From the human T2T-CHM13v2.0 reference genome, Homo sapiens, in NCBI RefSeq assembly GCF_009914755.1, contig NC_060947.1: a DNA stretch of 64,000 bases. The stretch is one strand, 5' to 3'. Position numbers and translations under genes: made by a program. The notes under the pieces were generated by a model. The model did no database searches. It had not been told where the DNA came from and was given only the letters and a program-made list of their open reading frames with translations. Shown piece by piece: positions 62,231 through 64,000 of the stretch (its first letter is position 1; each line of letters opens with the position of its first letter).

Positions 62231-62389
62231 TTGTGCATGTGGACACTTTCTGGAGGGCTTTATTAAGCTAGGATATAAACTGGTTATTTCCCTGATTGTC
62301 CACACATAGGTCATTCAAGACTAACTTTAACCTGACAATGATTCTATTGGCCTGGAGTCAGAAGGGGTGCTTCTCTGAGGGAATCACAG

Positions 62390-62620
62390 TAATAATAGTT
62401 ACTTATTGAGTACCTGTTCTCTGCCTAACTTTGTGCTAAATGCTTTACAGGTAGTGTTTCTCTTATCCTTATGACAATTACTTGAAGTATGTATTACTAT
62501 TCCCATTTTGTAGGTGAGGACATATGCACAAAGAGGTCAAATATCTTTCTGAGTTGACAGAGCTTGTAAGTGATATAATCGGAATTTGAATGCAGGTGTT
62601 TGATGCCAAAGGTTCCACTA
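62390..62620 (-). mobile_element. MIR SINE
   Basis: cttattgagtacct...gtgctaaatgctttaca...cccattttgtaggtgagga. Confidence 0.8.
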
Positions 62621-63551
62621 ACTTAGGTGACATTGAAGAGAACCTCAGGAGATTTCTTGTGGAACTGCTGAAGCCTCTTTTCCACTTTACTGTTATCACC
62701 TTAGCCCCTGTATTTTGGCTAAATGTATGACCATACTTAGTAGGGTAACTGAGTTTAAGAGGAGAAGAGAGCATTTTTAACACAAGCTGAGATACCCGCA
62801 AATGCAGACAGAAGAAAAACTGGGTCGTTGAATCAGCTGTTCCAGAGCAGACATAAGACGATAACCCTCTCATCTTCCCTCCTTTCAAAGCTATTCAGCA
62901 GTATTAAATTGTGGAGTGGGATTATAGTACATAACATAAATTCCTATAATGCTTTGAGTTTAGATAGTGAAAAAAATAGTAATGTGGGAGAAAAAAACAT
63001 GCGTTTGTCCACTGCCTTGTGTGAACTAGTTCTGAGTTACATAGGAAACTTCTCTCAGAAAGGATTGAATTATGGGAATTTTTTGCCTGTAACTGGACTG
63101 ATGGCAACAGAATTGAAATGATTTCTGCTTATTCTTTAACTTATTACCCCCAATTGCATCATTCCAGTTTTACGTGTGGGACTGGATCATATACAGTAAA
63201 AGTACATGGGAAGGGAATACTTTCCATCCAGTATAAAATGGCCAACTCAATAATAAACTAAGCACAGTAGCTTTTATCACACAGACATTTGGCACAGTGT
63301 TTATCAAACAAGGCACCATTAATATTTTGGGAGGGACTGTTTTTCATTGTGCAGGGCTGTCTCAGAGAAATTGTTTAGGGTCTCTGCCTTCAGGGCACTA
63401 AGTGTCAATAGCCTAACTCCATCTTCTGGAGAAGCAGGATAGGTGAGGGCTCTGCCTCATCCATGGCATGACTGAATAGGAAATGCTGCTTCCCTGTGGG
63501 CATTTCTTTAGGGAAACTGCCTGAAACACAGACAAGTAATTTGCTCAAAGT

Positions 63552-63682
63552 GGGATAACCAGATGAAAATACAGGATGCTTGGTTAAATTTTAATTTCAG
63601 ATAAACAATGAGGAATTGTTTTGTATATGTCCCTAGATTTTTACTGGGTGTCCTGGATTTTTATTTGCTAAATCTGGCAAGT
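63552..63682. mobile_element. MER53-like palindromic hAT MITE
   Basis: aaaatacaggatgc...aatttcagataaacaatga...gggtgtcctg...tttatttgctaaatctggcaa. Confidence 0.7.
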
Positions 63683-64000
63683 AATCAGGCAACCTTAGCC
63701 CAAAGTCAATTGGCAGATTCATGACTCAATAAGTGGTAGATCCATGACTTGAAGCCAGGTCTGTTTAGTCTGACGTCAGACCCTGAGTGCTTTCTACTGT
63801 TCTGTACTGGTTTCTACACTTGAGCAACTTTCATGCACAAAAATAATGCCCTGGAAGATACAAAGATAAAGTATAATCCGTGCTTTCAAATTATTTGGCT
63901 TTTCCAGGACAAGAAAAGAGAATTTGGGAAGAAATGCGTATTAACACTATCTTCTTGAGGGCCTACTATATGATGAAAGTTGAATCAATTTATATTCTAG

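Overview
Human-like primate genomic DNA, not prokaryotic: no CRISPR, operon or defence system is present. Read on +, it carries exons 2-6 of FMR1NB (NY-SAR-35/CT37; Xq27.3-q28, just distal to FMR1), recognised by translating GT-AG bounded exons. Exon 1 lies upstream of the window. About 25 kb downstream is a full-length processed ferritin heavy chain pseudogene (position fits FTH1P8), and intron 3 holds a 5S rRNA pseudogene. The rest is mostly transposon-derived: the 5' part of a young antisense SVA, several L1s (two with twin-priming inversions, two old copies that kept their 5' UTR but lost their 3' half), about 11 Alus, solo LTRs, DNA transposons, MIR and L2. The most notable observation is that the pseudogene's iron-responsive element loop reads CTGTGC instead of CAGTGC, the same change I recall as the reported FTH1 A49U (c.-164A>T) iron-overload allele. 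Repeat subfamily names are from recalled consensus sequences, not from a database search.
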